Below the pieces are notes generated by a model. The model searched no databases and was not told the origin of the DNA. It saw only the letters and a program-made list of their open reading frames with translations. From an uncultured Nitrospiraceae bacterium (GTDB taxonomy: Bacteria; Nitrospirota; Nitrospiria; Nitrospirales; Nitrospiraceae): 64,000 nucleotides of DNA. Positions 60,183-64,000 of the stretch are shown here, in pieces. Each line of letters starts with the position of its first letter. Position 1 is the stretch's first letter. The translations under genes were made by a program, and so were the position numbers. The stretch is from positions 256,001 through 320,000 of the forward strand of contig CAVPLT010000007.1 in assembly GCA_963706325.1 (NCBI GenBank), written 5' to 3'.

Positions 60183-60446
60183 GTGATTCAGCCGTACATC
60201 GGTGCCGGTCCTGCAGTGATCCATGCGAGGACGGACGAAGTAAGATCTGGCGGAACTCCTATTCTCACTTCCGGCTCTGCCACCAGTTTGGGCTTGTCGG
60301 GGGTCGGAGGGTTTAGGCTCAAGTTCTCGGAAGGGATAGGCGTATTTTTTGAGTATAAACACATTCGGGCCAACCTTGAATTCGGCAGCGTAGAGGGCAA
60401 TGCAGTGGTCCATGCGGGCGTCGGTGGAATAAACTTCACGTTTTAA
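60183..60446 (+). pseudogene. C-terminal fragment of an outer-membrane beta-barrel protein
   Basis: QPYIGAGP, GVFFEYKH, GGINFTF with terminal Phe; no signal peptide, in-frame stop at 60171. Confidence 0.7.
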
Positions 60447-60573
60447 TGGTCAGCTTTAGTGATGCAGGTAGGCGTTCGTCATACTCGCGTAGATGCTGGC
60501 CAATAATCGCTCAGAAGGCAGTGGCCCGATGACGGTGGAGGCGTTGGTGGATGCCTTACGAATCGATACATTG

Positions 60574-61050
60574 CTACCGAATAGGGTCTAAAGGAAGCGG
60601 CGCTGGATCCTGAGGCGCGTACTCAATAACCTCTCGCGGAGCTTCTGCGGGGGCCCCCAGAAAGCGTATCGGCTTGTCGCCTTTTAGGTGCTGGGGCAGG
60701 ATGATGTACGTCCCGTACATGCTGGGACCCCAAATGTTTTTCGACGTTGCCAGACTGCCTCCAGAGAAGCAGTAAGCCAATCCTCCGACTACTCCGCCAC
60801 CGATAGCGAAAGCTAGCTTGAGCGGAAAATAGATCATGGTGGCGAGCGCCGAGCCGGCCTGAATGCCAACACCGGAGGGGCTGGTCTCGTCCGATGACAC
60901 AGGTATATTGGAGGCACGACTCGACGGTTGCGCGAAAACCGGCTCGGCAAGGATGCCGACGGAACACATGACGACCAAGCTCAGAATCATGGCGTGGGAC
61001 CAGAGGCTGCGTTCTCTTCCGTTGAGAAGCACATGGACAAATATAGTCAA
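60574..61050 (-). CDS. Hypothetical exported/membrane protein
   Basis: AGGAGG RBS before TTG, signal-like segment, Gly-rich hydrophobic helix. Confidence 0.7.
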   Translation of the reverse strand: MTIFVHVLLNGRERSLWSHAMILSLVVMCSVGILAEPVFAQPSSRASNIPVSSDETSPSGVGIQAGSALATMIYFPLKLAFAIGGGVVGGLAYCFSGGSLATSKNIWGPSMYGTYIILPQHLKGDKPIRFLGAPAEAPREVIEYAPQDPAPLPLDPIR

Positions 61051-61181
61051 ATTGGCTGCCTCCTTCAGGCTATGGCACTGTAAGGGAAAGAATCATTAAG
61101 GGTCCTCCGCGAAAGCCTAACCTTAGAATACCCAACAAGAGTAATCATCGGCAAAAGAGGAGGATTCGTGACGGCACACCT

Positions 61182-61955
61182 CTATTGGTTGATATGCGAG
61201 TGAGCATAGCGCAATGGATCTGGGGAGACCTTGATTAAACCGTCGAATGGCCCATCCATCTCCATTACCAAAAATATGGCGCTACTGACCGAAACGGCGC
61301 ACACGAACAGGACAGCGACAACGGTGCCATTTCGTGGGGCAAACACGCCAAAGCTCGTGAATGTAATCGTGAGCCAGAATACGAGGACAGAAAGGAATGG
61401 CAGAGGAACAGATGATTGGACGACGCCGAGGGCCGCGAGCCATCTAGCCTGCAATACCGTTTCAATCTGGTCTGAAGCACGGGACTGGGCAGCCCGCCGG
61501 GAATCATCGCGGGGCTTGAGAGCTCGAATTGCCTCAGCCACCTCTTCCACGGAAGCGAAGCCGGTTTTCATTAGCCCTGGCTCCGTATTGCTGGGTTCTG
61601 AGAGTCCATGTGACCAAATTGCGTCGATCCGTGCGGCGAGTAAATCTTTCATGCCCTGGCGAATCTCGTGGGTTTCAGGTCCGTAACGGGCGAGTGCCCG
61701 GTCCACAGCCAGGATGCTGATGGTCGCTTGTTTGACCGCTGCATTTCCTGAATCAAAGGCACTTTTGGCAGCGGCGGTGACGAGGCCAAGAACCAGCGCG
61801 GTCATTGTGGCGATCAGTCCGATGCCAACTTTCACCGTATCTTTCGATTCGGCATCGAGGTGGTCCTTTGGCAAAGTGGAACGGAGCCACATGCCCACGA
61901 GCACGCCCCCAAATACACAGGCGAATACCATGAGGCTGGTCGCTATAGGGCTCAC
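61182..61955 (-). CDS. DUF4239/bestrophin-like membrane protein
   Basis: ALVLGL....AK..FD, DR.LA.YGPE, SFGVFAP.N, EMDGPFDGLI.VS. Confidence 0.75.
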   Translation of the reverse strand: MSPIATSLMVFACVFGGVLVGMWLRSTLPKDHLDAESKDTVKVGIGLIATMTALVLGLVTAAAKSAFDSGNAAVKQATISILAVDRALARYGPETHEIRQGMKDLLAARIDAIWSHGLSEPSNTEPGLMKTGFASVEEVAEAIRALKPRDDSRRAAQSRASDQIETVLQARWLAALGVVQSSVPLPFLSVLVFWLTITFTSFGVFAPRNGTVVAVLFVCAVSVSSAIFLVMEMDGPFDGLIKVSPDPLRYAHSHINQ

Positions 61956-62087
61956 CTGTTGACCTCGTTGTCCTTCATCATTTCTTTTGAAAGGGCCCGA
62001 ACGATACCTCAGAATGCTCGAAAAAATCTACCGATACGAAGACGCGACGGTGGGTGTTCTGATCTCTTCAACAGGAATCCGAAGCGC

Positions 62088-62390
62088 CTATTGGAAATCG
62101 AGTTGGAGAAGGCCGGTGGCAGGCCGCGTTCGACTCTGACCATCGAGACATGGGGGAACGAGACAAGCCTGAACAGTTACTCGCACTGCAAGCATGTCCT
62201 TGTGGTAGGTGGCGAGGAGTTCGCCGAGGTCGATCAGCTGGGTGACTCGGGCTAGAACCTGGCGAGCCTGCTCGCTCGTCAGGCCTTCACGGTTGAAGGC
62301 GTCCAGGATCTGTTGAGTCACACGGTCAGAGACTTCAGTAGAGAGGGAACGAACGGGAAAGGGCTGGCCGTCTTGAGTGTCGGATGCCAT
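62088..62390 (-). CDS. Hypothetical helical protein, probably chimeric 3' of about 62208
   Basis: N-terminal 60 aa resemble the C-terminal domain of the neighbouring ORF. Confidence 0.5.
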   Translation of the reverse strand: MASDTQDGQPFPVRSLSTEVSDRVTQQILDAFNREGLTSEQARQVLARVTQLIDLGELLATYHKDMLAVRVTVQACLVPPCLDGQSRTRPATGLLQLDFQ

Positions 62391-62401
62391 CTTGAGGGCC
62401 G

Positions 62402-62749
62402 TTAATTCGGTCGTGGGTTCGTGCGAGCCTGCTGGTCAATGATCGAGGACACGCGGCGAAGGAGCTCCTTCGATTCCGCTGGCTGTAAGCCGACCGCCTC
62501 AATGAGCGTGAGCACATGATCAATGAGATACTGCTCCTCCTTGGTATTGGCGGAAGGCCCCGGCACGATCACTTTGCCATTCCGTTCAGCATGACGCGTC
62601 CGAAGCTCCGCAATGAGGTCGTGCACTTCCTGCTTGGTACAGAGTCCCTTTCGCTCGAGCAACTCCACCAAGGCCTCCATCGCCCACATGTTGGCCAGCA
62701 CGCCTTCTTCCGTCGTGAACGTCTCTCTGGGATTCGAACGGTCGGTCAT
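62402..62749 (-). CDS. Hypothetical helical protein
   Basis: NMWAMEALVELLERKGLCTKQEV; amphipathic helices. Confidence 0.65.
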   Translation of the reverse strand: MTDRSNPRETFTTEEGVLANMWAMEALVELLERKGLCTKQEVHDLIAELRTRHAERNGKVIVPGPSANTKEEQYLIDHVLTLIEAVGLQPAESKELLRRVSSIIDQQARTNPRPN

Positions 62750-63231
62750 GATCAGCCTTTGCCGTCCAGGGTAAGCGCCTCGCCTGGTCAGAAACCTGTC
62801 TTTGCTATCGCTCCCTCCACACCGAGATACCATAGCGTGTCTAGCTGGCTTTTGAGAAGGAGATTTCCGCTATGCCTGAGCCAGCGTGGAAAGGGCGAAT
62901 CGGCCAAGCCCGGCCACGGATCCGGACGGAATGGAATTCAAAGCTGAGGGCCGGGGGCGGCTGTCTGTGCCACACGGCAGACCGAGTTCTTTCGTTTAAT
63001 TCGTTTCTTTCGTAAGGAGGAGCGGTAGCGGCGGCCGGGGGATCCGGACCGGTGGGGAATGTTCAAGCGCAAAGGCGGGTGGTCTGGAGGCAGAAACGGC
63101 AGTAACGCCCTCCGTCACAATCTGTCCCATTCCTCGGTTCGGTCGTTTATGTCGTTTCTGTCGTCAGCCCCCATTTAGAAGAGGTGGAGAAGAACACCGT
63201 GACACTGCTTTACTGACTTCTTTCGCTTAAT

Positions 63232-63744
63232 GTCCAGCACACGATCCAGCACCTGACCGACCGTCTGTCCCGTCATCCGAAACCCTGCCTCTAGTAGGGG
63301 ACTGTGCCGACTCCAATTATCCACGACCGTCAAGATCCGAAACGGCCGCCCATCGGCCAGCGTATCATGGACAAAATCCATGCTCCAGCGCTCGGTCGGG
63401 CCCACCGGGACTGGAGCCGGGCCTCGGTGCAATGCGATATGTTTTCGTCTCCGCACCCGCATCCGTAGCTGTAATCCATCGAGGCGGTAGAGCCGCCGGA
63501 CGCGTGTGCGATTCACCGGCCAGCCCTCGCGACGCCGTAACACCCCGATGCGCATGGAGCCAAATCGAGGTCGGGCATGGGCCAGATCGCGAATGCGCAA
63601 CCGTCATGCGGACTGAGCCTTAGCCCGACGCCGGCGATACCAAGAGGCTCGGCCGAATTGCGCCAACCGACAGGCCCGCAGGCAACTGACGCGGAAGGTA
63701 TCTTGAAACCAGCCAGCCAGTTCTCGACGGCGTGCGGGCCTTAG
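63232..63744 (-). pseudogene. IS3-family OrfB transposase, inactivated
   Basis: RPRFG, WSMDFVHD, FRILTVVD; in-frame TGA at 63604-63606; truncated near 63232, before the second Asp of DDE. Confidence 0.88.
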
Positions 63745-64000
63745 ACTTTTTTTCGCAGGGCCTCCGACAGCATATGTTTATCGAGCGAGAGGTCTGCCAC
63801 TAGCCGTTTGAGTCGGGCGTTTTCCTCTTCCACCTGGCGCAACCGACGGAGCTCGCTCACGCCCAGATGCGCATACTTCTTTTTCCAGGTGTAGCAGGTG
63901 GCCTCGCTGACGCCGAGCTGCCGACAGAGGTCGCCAGTCGGGGTCCCACTCTCGGCTTGCCGCATGGCATAAACGATCTGCTCTTCAGAGCATCGTGACC
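63741..64000 (-). mobile_element. IS3-family OrfA (5'-partial) with -1 frameshift signal
   Basis: SEEQI..AMRQAE.G, CRQLGVSEAT.Y.WKKKY, LKRLVADLSLDK; A7G slippery motif just before the stop. Confidence 0.9.

Larger units (their letters stand above)
58035..64000. mobile_element. Degraded tRNA-Lys-anchored integrative island or prophage-like remnant (continues beyond the window)
   Basis: Integrase stub next to the tRNA 3' end, AlpA, phage-like gene, second integrase stub, gene fragments, IS3 remnant. Confidence 0.8.

Noticed and set aside
58035..64000. Second att site, or a defence system in the island
   Set aside because: No duplicate of the tRNA 3' end and no recognisable defence-gene motifs within the window; the island runs off the end

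Overview
Bacterial chromosome segment. Gene content and intergenic repeats suggest a Nitrospira-like organism; this is an inference from remembered protein families and was not searched. Positions 1-57.9 kb are gene-dense: oxidoreductases, FKBP, GST, FadL, PBP1B-like plus bactofilin, several histidine kinases, BolA/Grx, mdh, folE, rarA, ABC-F, tRNA-Ala and purA. Two genes there are decayed by frameshifts, and at least two MITE-like repeats are present. Three clusters deserve attention. (i) A minus-strand run encodes an ATP-grasp-like ligase, glutaredoxin, KamA-type aminomutase, dCTP deaminase, the TIGR04283/TIGR04282 transferases and an SDR with His in place of the catalytic Tyr; it is divergent from an Fe-S-type/DUF2156 fusion. 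(ii) A NorQ/NorD-type AAA+/VWA chaperone pair has no Nor or Rubisco client in the window and sits among FTR, a stand-alone NuoF, a 2Fe-2S ferredoxin and ErpA. (iii) An operon with a sigma54-type promoter encodes a Rossmann-fold histidine kinase, a Cache kinase and a c-type heme protein. From tRNA-Lys (57959-58034) to the window end lies a degraded integrative island with two integrase stubs, AlpA, a phage-like gene, chimeric junctions and an IS3 remnant. No CRISPR array or rRNA was seen. All family calls come from motif recognition by eye.
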